Shown: positions 20,245 through 33,229 of the stretch, one piece after another | Position numbering within the stretch: the stretch's first letter is position 1 | Layout of the letters: each line of letters opens with the position of its first letter | Source: Candidatus Hydrogenedentota bacterium | Lineage (GTDB): Bacteria; Hydrogenedentota; Hydrogenedentia; Hydrogenedentales; CAILVY01 | Length of the DNA: 64,000 nt | NCBI GenBank assembly: GCA_903837785.1 | Contig: CAILVY010000207.1 | Span: 802 to 64,801 of the forward strand | Direction: 5' to 3' | The notes under the pieces: model-generated | The model's input: only the letters and a program-made list of their open reading frames with translations | Databases searched by the model: none | Told to the model about the DNA's origin: nothing | Position numbers and translations under genes: made by a program

Positions 20245-20340
20245 GGCACGCTGTCCGGGCTGGATTGATGCAGCGAAGGGCGCGTATGATGCCGTTTCCG
20301 GACGTGGCCGGCAGTCATTCAAGACGAGAGGAGTCATGCG

Positions 20341-21714
20341 ATGCCCGACAAAGACCTGCTTCTCACCGCACTGAAAGGGGGCCGTACCGCGCGTCCCGCC
20401 TGGCTGCCGTTTGTGGGGGTGCACGGCGGCAAGCTGCTCGGCGTGACGGCCACGGAGTATCTTCGCTCCAAGGATTTGATTGTCGAAGGGCTGAAGAAGG
20501 CCTATGACCTGTACCGGCCCGATGGACTGCCGGTGGTCTTTGACCTCCAGATGGAAGCGGAACTCCTGAACTGCAAGCTTGCGTGGGCGGATGAAGTGCC
20601 GCCGTCGGTGGTTTCGCATCCGCTCGCAGGCGAAGGCCGGCTGGAGGACTTGCCGCCCTTCGATTTGAGCCAAGGCCGTTTCCCCCTGGTCGGCGAGGCC
20701 ACGCGCACGCTGGCGACGGATTTGGGGAGCCAGATCGCACTCTACGGGCTGATTACAGGGCCGTTTACGCTCACGTCGCATCTGCGCGGGAGCGAGCTGT
20801 TTCTTGATCTGCTGACGAATCCCGCGAAGACGAAGGAGATCATGGCGTTTGCCACGGAGGTGGGAAAGCGCACCGCGGATTTCTATCTCGAGAACGGATG
20901 CGATGTCATTGCGGTGGTCGACCCGATGACGAGCCAGATTTCGTCGGAGCATTTCAAGGAGTTCGTGACGCCGTATTTGAACGATCTCTTCTCGCACATT
21001 CGGATCAAGGGGGGCCTGTCCTCGCTGTTCGTGTGCGGCGACGCCACCCGCAACCTCGAGGTCATGTGCCGGACCGCCTGCGACAACGTTTCCGTGGACG
21101 AGAACATCCCACTCGAGCTGCTCTGCGCGCTGGCGCGCAAGAACGGAAAGTCGGCGGGCGGCAACCTGCGCCTGACGACCGTGCTGCTGCTCGGCAAGCC
21201 GGCCGACGCCATGCTCGATGCCATCCGCTGCATCGATACGGGCGGCAATGAGGGATTCATTCTGGCGCCGGGTTGCGACCTGCCGTACGGAACGCCCGAA
21301 GTCAATCTCCAATCCGTGGCGAACATGGTGCACAACGACTACGCCCGGCAGGTGGCGCGCATGACGGTGACGGTGACGGACATGGGGCCGTTTGACGACA
21401 TCAGGATTCCGGATTTCCGCGCGGAGAAAGAGGTCATCCTGGATGTCATCACGCTCGATTCCTCGGGCTGCGCGCCGTGCCTCTACATGCTCGATGCGGC
21501 CATCAAGGCGGCGGACCGCTCGGCGGTGCCGGTCCAGGTGCGGGAGCACAAGATCAAGAGCCGGGAAGGCATCGGCTACATGGTCCGCATGGGCGTGAAG
21601 AACATCCCGACCGTCTGCATCGACGGCGAAGTCACGTTCATTTCGCAGATTCCCGACGGCGACACGTTTGTGAAAGCCATCGAACGCAGGGCCAAAGAAC
21701 AAGGAAAGGCATGA
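20341..21714 (+). CDS. Uroporphyrinogen-decarboxylase (URO-D/MtaA-like) family enzyme fused to a C-terminal CxxC thioredoxin/glutaredoxin-like domain
   Basis: The N-terminal ~340 aa are URO-D-fold (a zinc methyltransferase-like family). The C-terminal ~100 aa are Trx-fold with an SGCAPC motif. ATGA overlap with the downstream gene. Confidence 0.6.
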   Translation: MPDKDLLLTALKGGRTARPAWLPFVGVHGGKLLGVTATEYLRSKDLIVEGLKKAYDLYRPDGLPVVFDLQMEAELLNCKLAWADEVPPSVVSHPLAGEGRLEDLPPFDLSQGRFPLVGEATRTLATDLGSQIALYGLITGPFTLTSHLRGSELFLDLLTNPAKTKEIMAFATEVGKRTADFYLENGCDVIAVVDPMTSQISSEHFKEFVTPYLNDLFSHIRIKGGLSSLFVCGDATRNLEVMCRTACDNVSVDENIPLELLCALARKNGKSAGGNLRLTTVLLLGKPADAMLDAIRCIDTGGNEGFILAPGCDLPYGTPEVNLQSVANMVHNDYARQVARMTVTVTDMGPFDDIRIPDFRAEKEVILDVITLDSSGCAPCLYMLDAAIKAADRSAVPVQVREHKIKSREGIGYMVRMGVKNIPTVCIDGEVTFISQIPDGDTFVKAIERRAKEQGKA

Positions 21715-22637
21715 TTCCGGTCTGCCTCGTCACCGGCTTCCTGGGCAGTGGCAAGACAACGCTGCTCCGGCAAATGGCTGAACGCCACCGGGGGCGGAAA
21801 CTTGTATTCGTCGTAAATGAGTTCTCCGCCGCCGACGTGGACGGCGAGGCCATGCGCCAGGTTGCGCCGGACGTGGTCGCGATCCCGGGCGGCAGTATCT
21901 TCTGCACGTGCCTTGTGGGGGAGTTCATCCGGGTGCTGACAGGGCTGCCGGAACGGTTCCACTCGAACGCATCGCCGATGGACGGGGTGGTCATCGAGGC
22001 GAGCGGAATCGCGAATCCAAAAGTGGTCGAGCAGATGTTGCGTGAAACCGGTTTGGACGAAATGTATGCCCTCACGTCAATCCTCGCCGTAGCCGACCCG
22101 GGCACCTTCCCGGTGCTGCTGCAAACCCTGCCGAATATCACGGCGCAAATCGAATGCAGCGACGTGGTCGTCTTGAACAAGACCGACTTGTTCGGGGAAT
22201 CTGAAATCGCGCGCGCGGAAGAGGCGATACGGGGCATCCGTCCCGGCGTATCCATTGTCCGAAGCCGCTTCTGTGACGTCGACCTTCCGCTCTTCGATGC
22301 GCACACGCCGCGGGGCCTGCGCGGCCTTTATGCCGCTTGTGCCGATTCGCACTATGCCGCGCTTTGCGTTCGGACGGAGCGAAAGGTCGATATCGAGGCA
22401 TTATGCGGCCGGCTTCGCAGGTTGCCGGGACTCTATCGCGCCAAGGGCTTCGTGCGCACGCGCGGCGGCGCGCATTATGTCGACGCCACAATGAGCAACA
22501 TCTCCGTGCAGCCAGTGCCGGGACATGCCGGCGCCTTTGAAATGGCGCTGATCGTCGGACGGGAACATGCAGCGGCCGCGGAAACCCTCGCGAAGGATAT
22601 TGAATTCGGGCATGTTGAGCGGGAGGACGGGATGTGA
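21711..22637 (+). CDS. COG0523 G3E-family GTPase (CobW/ZigA/YjiA-like metallochaperone)
   Basis: Walker A (GFLGSGKTT), a CxC metal motif (FCTCL), an NKTD G4 motif and a C-terminal CobW_C-like domain are present. The start ATG at 21711 overlaps the upstream stop (ATGA). Confidence 0.8.
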   Translation: MIPVCLVTGFLGSGKTTLLRQMAERHRGRKLVFVVNEFSAADVDGEAMRQVAPDVVAIPGGSIFCTCLVGEFIRVLTGLPERFHSNASPMDGVVIEASGIANPKVVEQMLRETGLDEMYALTSILAVADPGTFPVLLQTLPNITAQIECSDVVVLNKTDLFGESEIARAEEAIRGIRPGVSIVRSRFCDVDLPLFDAHTPRGLRGLYAACADSHYAALCVRTERKVDIEALCGRLRRLPGLYRAKGFVRTRGGAHYVDATMSNISVQPVPGHAGAFEMALIVGREHAAAAETLAKDIEFGHVEREDGM

Positions 22638-23788
22638 TGAGACATTCCTGGCGGAGGCGTTGCACAGCCGTGGGCGTGGCGGCCGTTTTGTTGCTCGGCA
22701 TGGCCGGGATTGCAGGCGCGGCGAAGATCCCTCTGATCGACGTTACGGATTTGTATCATCCGCCGCAGGATCCCGGGGACAATGTGGATCTGATCGCCGC
22801 GTACGCCCTGCCCGAGATCGCCTTGAAGGCGGTTATACTCGACGTGACGCAACGTTATCGCCGCGCCTACGTAAACGAAGCCAATCATTCCTATGACGAT
22901 CCGTCGGGCGGCCGCGATCCCGGCTTCATTCCCGTGACGCAGCTCAACGCAATCTTCGGGCGGAACGTGCCCTGTGCCGTGGCGCCTTTCGAGGCCATGC
23001 GCAGCCCGGAGGATGCGATGCAGGACGCCCCCGCATTCCAGCAGGCCGGCATCGACTTGATGCTTCGCGTGCTGCGGGAAAGCCCGGAACCGGTGGAAAT
23101 CTGTTCTTTCGGATCGGCGCGTCCGGTGGCCGTGGCCTATAACCGCGCGCCGGAATTGATGCTGGAAAAAGTGCGCCGGGTGCATTTGTGCGCGGGCGCC
23201 GCGCCGGCCGGATTCCTTGAATGGAACGTGCAGCTGGATGTGCATGCATTCGTTCGCGTGCTTCGCTCGGACTTGCCCGTCGCCCTCTATCCCTGCGGCA
23301 CGCAGAAAGACGCGTTCGACCTGGGGCAGTACAACACGTTCTTTCGGCTGCCGGACTTCTCGCTGATCCGCGAGGTTGCGCCGCCGCTGCGCCGCTATCT
23401 TGCCTTCGCGTTCGGCCGCGTGAACCGCACGGATTTCCTCGCGGCCATCGAAGACGAGCCGAGCCCGGAAGCCATCGGCCGAATCGCCGCACTGCCGCAT
23501 AACGTGTGGGAGACGGCGGTCTGGATGCAGGCCGCGCGCCGAAAGCTTGTGCGAAACGCAGCAGGTCAGTATCGCATCGTTCCGGAGGGGAAAGTTGCCG
23601 CGACGGATCAGGTGCTGGTCAACACGTTGCGCCCATGCACGATAGCGGTCCGGGATGACGGCCAATTCGACTTCGAGCTTACGCAGCAACCCACGAATTT
23701 CTCCATCTATTTTCGCGATGACCCGCAGGAGAACCAGCGCGCGCTGCAGGAGGCGATGCCCGCGCTATACTGCACGTTCAAGCCTTAG
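22634..23788 (+). CDS. Secreted hypothetical protein, possibly nucleoside-hydrolase-like (DUF1593-like) fold
   Basis: A signal peptide is present. The N-terminal segment IPLIDVTDLYHPPQDPGDNVDLIAAYALPEIALKAVILD resembles the Asp-rich start of IU-nucleoside-hydrolase-like folds. ATGA overlap with the upstream COG0523 gene. Confidence 0.4.
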   Translation: MMRHSWRRRCTAVGVAAVLLLGMAGIAGAAKIPLIDVTDLYHPPQDPGDNVDLIAAYALPEIALKAVILDVTQRYRRAYVNEANHSYDDPSGGRDPGFIPVTQLNAIFGRNVPCAVAPFEAMRSPEDAMQDAPAFQQAGIDLMLRVLRESPEPVEICSFGSARPVAVAYNRAPELMLEKVRRVHLCAGAAPAGFLEWNVQLDVHAFVRVLRSDLPVALYPCGTQKDAFDLGQYNTFFRLPDFSLIREVAPPLRRYLAFAFGRVNRTDFLAAIEDEPSPEAIGRIAALPHNVWETAVWMQAARRKLVRNAAGQYRIVPEGKVAATDQVLVNTLRPCTIAVRDDGQFDFELTQQPTNFSIYFRDDPQENQRALQEAMPALYCTFKP

Positions 23789-23809
23789 TGCCGGGAAATC
23801 TCACTGGAA

Positions 23810-24688
23810 TCACGCCTTTTCACGACGCTCCGCCAGGTAGTCCCGAAGCGCGTCGCGCCAGTAGGGCATGACGTCGAGAGCCTGATCGCGGGCGTGCCTG
23901 TTGTCCAGTGCGGAATAGGCCGGGCGTTTGACAAGGCTCTGAAACTCCGCAGCCATTGCGGGCACGACGTTCACCGCGGTGCCGGTCTCCTCGAAGATGG
24001 CGCGGGCAAAATCGAACCAGGAGCACGCGCCCTGGCATGTGGCATGATATAGCCCGGGTTCGGCGCGCTCCGCGAGGAGCCGCATTTGCCGGGCGAGCGC
24101 GCGGGTATACGTCGGCGTGCTGATCTCGTCCGTGACAACCTTCACTTCCGGGCGCGTGGCCGCGAGATGCAGCATCGTGTCCACGAAGTTGCGCCCGCCC
24201 TTGGCGCGGCACGGCGCCATCCCGTAGAGTGCGGCCGTTCGGATAATGAGGTGGTTGGGGCATTCCGCGGCCACGAGATGTTCGCCGGCGAGCTTGCTCG
24301 CGGCGTAGACGTTCAGCGGCGCGGGCAAATCCGTCTCGACAAAGGGGCGCGTTCCGCCCGAGCCGAAAACGTAGTCGGTGCTCACTTGGATCAAACGGCT
24401 CCCCGCGGCGTGGCAGGCGATGGCCACATTTCGGGCGCCGGCCGCGTTGACGGAGAACGCCATCTCCGGCTCTTCTTCGCACCGCGGGACATTGTGGGCG
24501 GCCGCGCAATTGAATACCCAGTCCGGCTTCACGGCGTCCGCGATGAGCTGCCGGACGGTCTCGGCGCCGCGGATGTCGAGCAGGTGTCCGTCCCCATCGA
24601 GGTCCGCGCGGTGAACTTCGGCATCGGCCAGTTCGCGGCAGAGGTCCGCGCCGAGCTGGCCTTGCGCGCCGATGACGAGAACGCGCAT
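23810..24688 (-). CDS. rfbD: dTDP-4-dehydrorhamnose reductase
   Basis: The protein starts MRVLVIGAQGQLGADL, carries the SDR extended YxxxK and has the RmlD-typical C-terminus. The long 429-aa ORF is an upstream over-extension. TGATG overlap with the upstream epimerase gene. Confidence 0.8.
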   Translation of the reverse strand: MRVLVIGAQGQLGADLCRELADAEVHRADLDGDGHLLDIRGAETVRQLIADAVKPDWVFNCAAAHNVPRCEEEPEMAFSVNAAGARNVAIACHAAGSRLIQVSTDYVFGSGGTRPFVETDLPAPLNVYAASKLAGEHLVAAECPNHLIIRTAALYGMAPCRAKGGRNFVDTMLHLAATRPEVKVVTDEISTPTYTRALARQMRLLAERAEPGLYHATCQGACSWFDFARAIFEETGTAVNVVPAMAAEFQSLVKRPAYSALDNRHARDQALDVMPYWRDALRDYLAERREKA

Positions 24689-25710
24689 CAAAAGATGCTG
24701 CCCAGGCGCTTGAGGTGCGCCTCCATTTCGACGAGCAATTCGAGCCACTTGATGTTGTAGTAACGCGGGTTGTGGAAGTCCGCGTGGATGCCGGCCTGCA
24801 CTTTTGCCGCCATCACGCGCGCGGATTCCTCCACGGAGACGCGGGTGCGGAATCCGAGCACGCGCTCGATCTTCCGGGTGCTCACCCGGTAATCCCGGGC
24901 GGTCTGGCTCCCGTATTCGACGTGGATCTCCGCGTCCACAATGCCTTCGAGCGCCCGTTTCACCCAATGCGCGAGTTCGAGAATGCGGTAGTTCTTGTGC
25001 GAGAGATTGAAGATCTGGCCGCCGACCACATCGAGGTCGGCCTGCATGCAGGCGACGTAGCAGCGCGCCACGTCCGTGACGTCCACGAGCGGGCGCCACA
25101 TTTCGCCGCCGCAGTGCACAGTGAGCACGCCCTGTTCGAAGGCGCTGCGCACGAACGTGTTCACCACGAGATCGTAGCGCATACGCGGGCTCCAGCCGTG
25201 CACGGTCCCCTGGCGCAGGATGGTTGGCTGAAAGTCCTTGCCCGCGAGTTCGAGCAGGGCGCGTTCCGCCGCGTACTTGCTCGTGGCATAGGCGGCGCGC
25301 GGGGTAACGGGCGAATCCTCGTCCTGAATGATGTCCTCGGCCATCATGCCGCGATCATAGATGGAACAGCTCGAGGCAAAGATGAAACGCTTGATGCCCT
25401 TGCGCTTGCAGGCTTCGGCCAGGGTGCGCGTGGCGAAAGTGTTCATCCGCTTGTTGGCTTCCGGATTGAACTCGGCCGTGGGATCGTTGCTCAGCCCGGC
25501 GAGGTGCACCACGACATCGACGCCGTCCAGAATGGCTTCATCCAGCGTGCAGATGTCGCCTTCGACGCAATCGATCCGCGTGCGGACCTCCTCGAGGGGG
25601 GCGTCGCCGTAGAGGAACTTGTCGAGCACGCGGACGGCGAAGCCTTTGTCGAGCAATTCGCGCACAGTCACTGCGCCGATATATCCCGCACCGCCCGTTA
25701 CAAGAATCAT
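24688..25710 (-). CDS. NAD-dependent epimerase/dehydratase (extended SDR, nucleotide-sugar 4-epimerase/4,6-dehydratase-like)
   Basis: TGGAGYIG Rossmann and YATSK catalytic motifs. Length is 340 aa. Confidence 0.8.
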   Translation of the reverse strand: MILVTGGAGYIGAVTVRELLDKGFAVRVLDKFLYGDAPLEEVRTRIDCVEGDICTLDEAILDGVDVVVHLAGLSNDPTAEFNPEANKRMNTFATRTLAEACKRKGIKRFIFASSCSIYDRGMMAEDIIQDEDSPVTPRAAYATSKYAAERALLELAGKDFQPTILRQGTVHGWSPRMRYDLVVNTFVRSAFEQGVLTVHCGGEMWRPLVDVTDVARCYVACMQADLDVVGGQIFNLSHKNYRILELAHWVKRALEGIVDAEIHVEYGSQTARDYRVSTRKIERVLGFRTRVSVEESARVMAAKVQAGIHADFHNPRYYNIKWLELLVEMEAHLKRLGSIF

Positions 25711-25826
25711 CTATTCGTCTCCCATGCGTGAATCGTCCGAGGTCCGCAGATCCTCGTCGAGTATGGCACAGGCAGCGCGTTTCCGGCAATGGGCCGAAGA
25801 CGGCCGCGGACGGCGGGGCAGGCGTC

Positions 25827-26783
25827 TTAGACGGCGTGGGTTTCGCGGTACCACGCAACGAAACGGCGGATGCCCTCGTCCATGCTGAAGCTGGGGTTGT
25901 ATCCGAGCAATTCCCGGGCGTGGTCGATGTCGGCGTAAGTAATCTCGACGTCGCCCGGCTGAAGGGGTTTTCGGTCGATCTTGGCGGGGCGGCCGGTGTG
26001 CTTCGCGATGAGGTCAATGAGTTCGCGGAGGGTGGTGGTGTGATGCTCGCCCAGATTGAAGACCTCATAGCGGAAAGGCCGGTCCACGCAGCGGACGACG
26101 CCGTCGATGATGTCGTCGATATACGTGTAGTCCCGGCGCGTGCTGCCGTCGCCGAACATCGGCACGGAATCGCCGTTCAGGAGCGCCTTCGTAAACATGT
26201 GGATGGCCATGTCCGGTCGCTGCCGCGGGCCGTAAACCGTGAAGAAGCGGAGCATGGAGACATGAACGCCGTAGACGTGGCTGTACACATGCGCCTGAAG
26301 CTCGTTCATGCGCTTCGTGGCGGCGTAGGGGCTGATGGGCCGCATGACCGGATCCTTCTCCGTAAACGGCACAGCGGTGCTGCCGCCATAAACGGAGGAA
26401 CTCGATGCGAACACGAGATGGGACGGTTTGAAGTCGCGGCAGGCATCAAGGATGTGCTGGGAACCGATGACGTTTACGCGATGATAGAGGTTCGGGTCCT
26501 TGAGCGAGGGGCGCACCCCGGCGCGGGCCGCCAGGTGCACCACAACATCGGGCGCAGCCTCTTCGAAGACACGCCGGACGAGCGCTTCATCGCAGATATC
26601 GCCCTCGATCAGCGAGAACGCTTCATGCGTCCGTGCCTTCTCGAGGTTGCGGCGCTTGATGGCCGGATCGTAGTAGTCGTTGAATTCGTCGAGGCCGGCC
26701 ACCGTATCGCCGCGCGCCAGGAGCGCCTCCGCCAGATGGGAGCCGATGAATCCGGCCGCGCCGGTGATGAGAACGCGTTTCAT
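25827..26783 (-). CDS. NAD-dependent nucleotide-sugar epimerase (UDP-glucuronate/UDP-glucose 4-epimerase-like)
   Basis: TGAAGFIGSH and YAATK motifs. Length is 318 aa. Confidence 0.8.
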   Translation of the reverse strand: MKRVLITGAAGFIGSHLAEALLARGDTVAGLDEFNDYYDPAIKRRNLEKARTHEAFSLIEGDICDEALVRRVFEEAAPDVVVHLAARAGVRPSLKDPNLYHRVNVIGSQHILDACRDFKPSHLVFASSSSVYGGSTAVPFTEKDPVMRPISPYAATKRMNELQAHVYSHVYGVHVSMLRFFTVYGPRQRPDMAIHMFTKALLNGDSVPMFGDGSTRRDYTYIDDIIDGVVRCVDRPFRYEVFNLGEHHTTTLRELIDLIAKHTGRPAKIDRKPLQPGDVEITYADIDHARELLGYNPSFSMDEGIRRFVAWYRETHAV

Positions 26784-26861
26784 GAGGCAGACCTCGCTAC
26801 TGTTTCCAGGAGTTTCCCCCGCCGATCGTATCTGTGCTGACGGCCGATGTCAATGATTCGA

Positions 26862-27689
26862 TCAAACCCCGCATGCGTGAAAGAAAGACTCGGGATCGAG
26901 GTCGTTTCGTATGCCAAGGCGCGTGAGGGCGAAGTCGTAACGCACAGGGTCGTCGGGAGCGATCGTCCGAAAGGCCGCCGTGACTTCAAGCGCGGCACGC
27001 AAGTCCGCGCTGCGCCGGCGGGTGAGGCCGAGACGCAACGCCATGCGGTGCATATGTGTATCCATCGGCACGATCAACAGGCGCGGGGCGATGCCGCGCC
27101 ACGGGCCGGGATCAACAGCGTCCCGCCGCGCCATCCAGCGGAGATAGAGCATGAGCCGCTTGCAGGCGCTGCCCCGCCGCGGGTCCGGAAGCAGGTAATT
27201 GTTCTCCGGCGCATCGCCCCTGAGTTCCTCGACAAAGGACGTGAGCGCAGGGAGGACCGTGGCATCTCCGGGCTTGGATTTCGCCGTGAACGCGTTCTGC
27301 AGCGAGCCGTGCGCCCGGATCGTCCGGCGCATTCCCAGGAGCAAGGCGATCAGGTCGGCGCCATCGGAATAGCGGTGCCGGAAACCGCCGAAGCACTCGT
27401 TGAGACGGGCGGGGGTGGCGCGCAGGAGCGCCTCGCGGGGCTGCGGAAGGCATTCCAGCACCGCGTCCACGCTTCGGAGTATCTGTTTCACATTGCCGAA
27501 CGCGAGGGCGGCCGCAATCAGGCCCGCGACCTCCTGATCCGGGGCCTTGCGGTAGCGCAGCACCGCCGCCAGGGGATCCGGATAGATGAATTCGGGGCGA
27601 TTACAGCGCGCATAGAGCGCTTCGAGGTGTTCTTTCAGGCGCGCATCGCTCATGAAATTGCCTTTGACTGGACTTGGGGGCAAGTGCAA
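26862..27689 (-). CDS. Conserved hypothetical protein (TIGR02757/DUF2400-like)
   Basis: The conserved segments LRYRKAPDQEVAGLIAAALAFGNVKQI and IVPMDTHMHRMALRLGL resemble this uncharacterised family. An alternative start lies at MSDARL (27653). Confidence 0.4.
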   Translation of the reverse strand: MHLPPSPVKGNFMSDARLKEHLEALYARCNRPEFIYPDPLAAVLRYRKAPDQEVAGLIAAALAFGNVKQILRSVDAVLECLPQPREALLRATPARLNECFGGFRHRYSDGADLIALLLGMRRTIRAHGSLQNAFTAKSKPGDATVLPALTSFVEELRGDAPENNYLLPDPRRGSACKRLMLYLRWMARRDAVDPGPWRGIAPRLLIVPMDTHMHRMALRLGLTRRRSADLRAALEVTAAFRTIAPDDPVRYDFALTRLGIRNDLDPESFFHACGV

Positions 27690-27758
27690 TACTGGCTATC
27701 AAGATAGCATGCAGGCGAGTGGGCGGGCCAATGAAAGGCCGGATGAGGAGAACGGAAG

Positions 27759-28334
27759 ATGTCCGAGAGAAAACGCGTGGGCGAGAAGATCCGCAAGCTC
27801 CGTGAAGTCCGGGAATTGTCCATCGGCGAACTGGCGGACCTGTGCCAATGCAACCCGGAGCTCATCGAGCAGCTCGAGGCGGGGCAGTTGATGCCGTCGC
27901 TGGCGCCGATGCTCAAGATCGCGCGCGGGCTCGGCGTTCGCCTGGGCACGTTCCTGGACGACGATCCGCACGCGGGCGCGGTGATCACGCGTTCGGATCA
28001 TCTCGAGAACGTAGTGCGCTTCTCCGGATTGCGCATGGCGAACCTGGGCACGCTCGAATTCCACGCCCTGGCCTCGAACAAGAAAGATCGCCACATGGAG
28101 CCGTTCCTGATTGACGTGCATCCCACGATCTCCGAGGACTGCATGCTGTCTTCGCACGAGGGCGAAGAATTCATCTACGTGCTGGAAGGCGGCATCGAAG
28201 TGACGTACGGCAAGGACAGCCATACGCTGAAGTCGGGCGACAGCATCTATTATGATTCCATCGTGCCGCATGAAGTGCGCGCCGCGGGCGAGACGCTGGC
28301 CAAGATTCTTGCGGTGATTTACACGCCGGTCTAA
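27759..28334 (+). CDS. XRE-family HTH transcriptional regulator with C-terminal cupin domain
   Basis: An N-terminal HTH_XRE ([22 protein letters not shown]) is followed by a cupin beta-barrel ([10 protein letters not shown]...[12 protein letters not shown]). Confidence 0.8.
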   Translation: MSERKRVGEKIRKLREVRELSIGELADLCQCNPELIEQLEAGQLMPSLAPMLKIARGLGVRLGTFLDDDPHAGAVITRSDHLENVVRFSGLRMANLGTLEFHALASNKKDRHMEPFLIDVHPTISEDCMLSSHEGEEFIYVLEGGIEVTYGKDSHTLKSGDSIYYDSIVPHEVRAAGETLAKILAVIYTPV

Positions 28335-28390
28335 GCGCCCAAGCGCCGCCGGCACCGGACTCTCCATCTCACAATTTCGGAAAAACACGC

Positions 28391-30055
28391 ATGCGTTTTC
28401 TCACGGAGACCCTGTCGGATGTCCTGGAGGCCCAGGCGCAACAGCATCCGGACCACGAGTTCATCGTGTATCCGGATCGGGACTTGCGCTTCACGTACCG
28501 GCAGTTTGACGAGCGCGTGAACCGGCTCGCCAAAGGGATGCTTGCGATCGGCCTGGGCCCCGGTGATCACATCGGCATCTGGGCGCGCAATGTGCCGGAC
28601 TGGCTCACGTTTTTCTTCGCCACGGCCAAGATCGGCGGAGTGCTGGTTACCGTCAACCCGGTGTACAAGCGGCACGAGCTGGCGTACATCCTCAAGCAGG
28701 CGGATCTGCGCGCCCTCGCCATCATCGACGAGTTTCGCGACGTGGATTACGTCAGCACGCTCTACGAACTCGTTCCGGAGCTTCGGACCCAGCCGCGCGG
28801 CGCGCTCCGCAGCGAGACGTTTCCCGAACTCAAGAACGTGATCTACATCGGGCAGCGGAAGCACCGGGGCATGTACAACAGCGCCGAGTTGCTGCTGCTT
28901 GGCGGCCATTGCGACGATCTGGAATTGCGCCGCATCCGGGCGGGCGCCGCAAGCGATGACGTCGTCAACATGCAGTACACATCGGGAACCACCGGCTTCC
29001 CCAAGGGCGTGATGCTCACCCATAAGAACATCCTGAACAACGGGTTCTACATCGGCGAACGCCAGCGCTTCACGGAAGCGGATCGCGTGTGCCTGCCGGT
29101 GCCGCTCTTCCACTGTTTCGGCATTGTGCTCGGGGTGATGGCCGCCCTGACGCATGGCTCCACGCTGGTGATCATCGAGCAATTTGAGGCGCTGCTGGCC
29201 CTTGCCGCGGTGCAGAAGGAGCGGTGCACCGCGCTCTATGGCGTGCCGACGATGTTCATCGCCGAGCTGGCGCACCCCATGTTCAAGATGTTCGACCTGT
29301 CGACCCTGCGCACGGGCATTATGGCGGGCGCGCCATGTCCCATCGAGACGATGCGGCGGGTCACCTCCGAGATGCATTGCTCGGAGATCACTATCGCCTA
29401 CGGCCTCACGGAAGCCTCGCCGGTCATCACGCAGACAAGCACGGATGACACGCTCGAACGCCGGGTCGGCACGGTCGGGCGGCGCCTGCCAGACATCGAG
29501 GTGAAGATTGTCGATCCGGACACCGGCGAAACCAAGGGCCCCAACGAGCCCGGCGAACTCTGCTGCCGCGGCTACAACGTCATGCGCGGCTACTACAACA
29601 TGGCGGAGGCCACGGCCGCGGTCATCGATGCGGACGGCTGGCTCCACAGCGGCGACCTGGCCACGTACGACGAAGACGGCTATTTTCGGATCACGGGCCG
29701 CATCAAGGACATGATTATACGGGGCGGCGAAAACATCTATCCGCGCGAGATCGAGGAACTGCTGCACACGATGCCCGGGGTGAAGGACGTACAGGTAGTG
29801 GGCGTGCCGGACAGGCGTTTTGGCGAGGTCGTGGGTGCGTTCATCATTCCGCATGAGGGCGCCGACCTCACGGAAGCCGATGTCCAGGACTTCTGCCAGA
29901 CCCGGATTGCCCGCTATAAGCTGCCCAAGTACGTCTTCTTCGTACAGGAGTTCCCGCTGACCGCCAACGCGAAGATCCAGAAGTACAAACTGCGCGAGAC
30001 GGCCAAGGATCTCCTCGGCATCACGGCAGAGGTCTTCGAACCGGCCGAGGAATAG
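28391..30055 (+). CDS. AMP-dependent synthetase/ligase (long/medium-chain acyl-CoA synthetase)
   Basis: An AMP-binding signature ([12 protein letters not shown]), YGLTE and a C-terminal lid with GRxKD (ITGRIKD) are present. Confidence 0.85.
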   Translation: MRFLTETLSDVLEAQAQQHPDHEFIVYPDRDLRFTYRQFDERVNRLAKGMLAIGLGPGDHIGIWARNVPDWLTFFFATAKIGGVLVTVNPVYKRHELAYILKQADLRALAIIDEFRDVDYVSTLYELVPELRTQPRGALRSETFPELKNVIYIGQRKHRGMYNSAELLLLGGHCDDLELRRIRAGAASDDVVNMQYTSGTTGFPKGVMLTHKNILNNGFYIGERQRFTEADRVCLPVPLFHCFGIVLGVMAALTHGSTLVIIEQFEALLALAAVQKERCTALYGVPTMFIAELAHPMFKMFDLSTLRTGIMAGAPCPIETMRRVTSEMHCSEITIAYGLTEASPVITQTSTDDTLERRVGTVGRRLPDIEVKIVDPDTGETKGPNEPGELCCRGYNVMRGYYNMAEATAAVIDADGWLHSGDLATYDEDGYFRITGRIKDMIIRGGENIYPREIEELLHTMPGVKDVQVVGVPDRRFGEVVGAFIIPHEGADLTEADVQDFCQTRIARYKLPKYVFFVQEFPLTANAKIQKYKLRETAKDLLGITAEVFEPAEE

Positions 30056-30308
30056 CGGCTGGCCTGGGCGCGACGCATTTCTGCGCGCAGTCCGTGCCCG
30101 GACGGCCCATCTCGCCGGGACTTTGCCGGAATGAATCCGCTATAATCCGTATCTTCGCCATGGACCACGACGAACTCCTCCGATGAACCCGGGAATACAG
30201 GGGCGAATGGGCCGTTCGGCACGCGGCACGGGTCGAGGAAACAAACCATCTGCTTCGCATGTTTGAGGAAGAGAGCTTCGGACTATTCTGAAGCAAAGAA
30301 GTTGCGGT

Positions 30309-33161
<2,853 letters not shown>

Positions 33162-33229
33162 GGGGTCACGGCTGGTGCCCGGTGGGAGTGATCGATAAGA
33201 TGGTCTCCGAAACGCAAGAGGAAACATCG

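Noticed and set aside
19423-21702. 759-aa minus-strand ORF spanning the transglutaminase-like and URO-D-like genes
   Set aside because: Antisense shadow ORF crossing an intergenic region and two plus-strand genes with recognisable domains.
30121-30146. Sigma-70-like promoter (TTGCCG ... TATAAT) upstream of uvrA
   Set aside because: The -35 to -10 spacing is only 12 nt for TTGCCG, and GACTTT at 16 nt spacing is a weak -35. Not supportable without TSS data. Mentioned only as a candidate.
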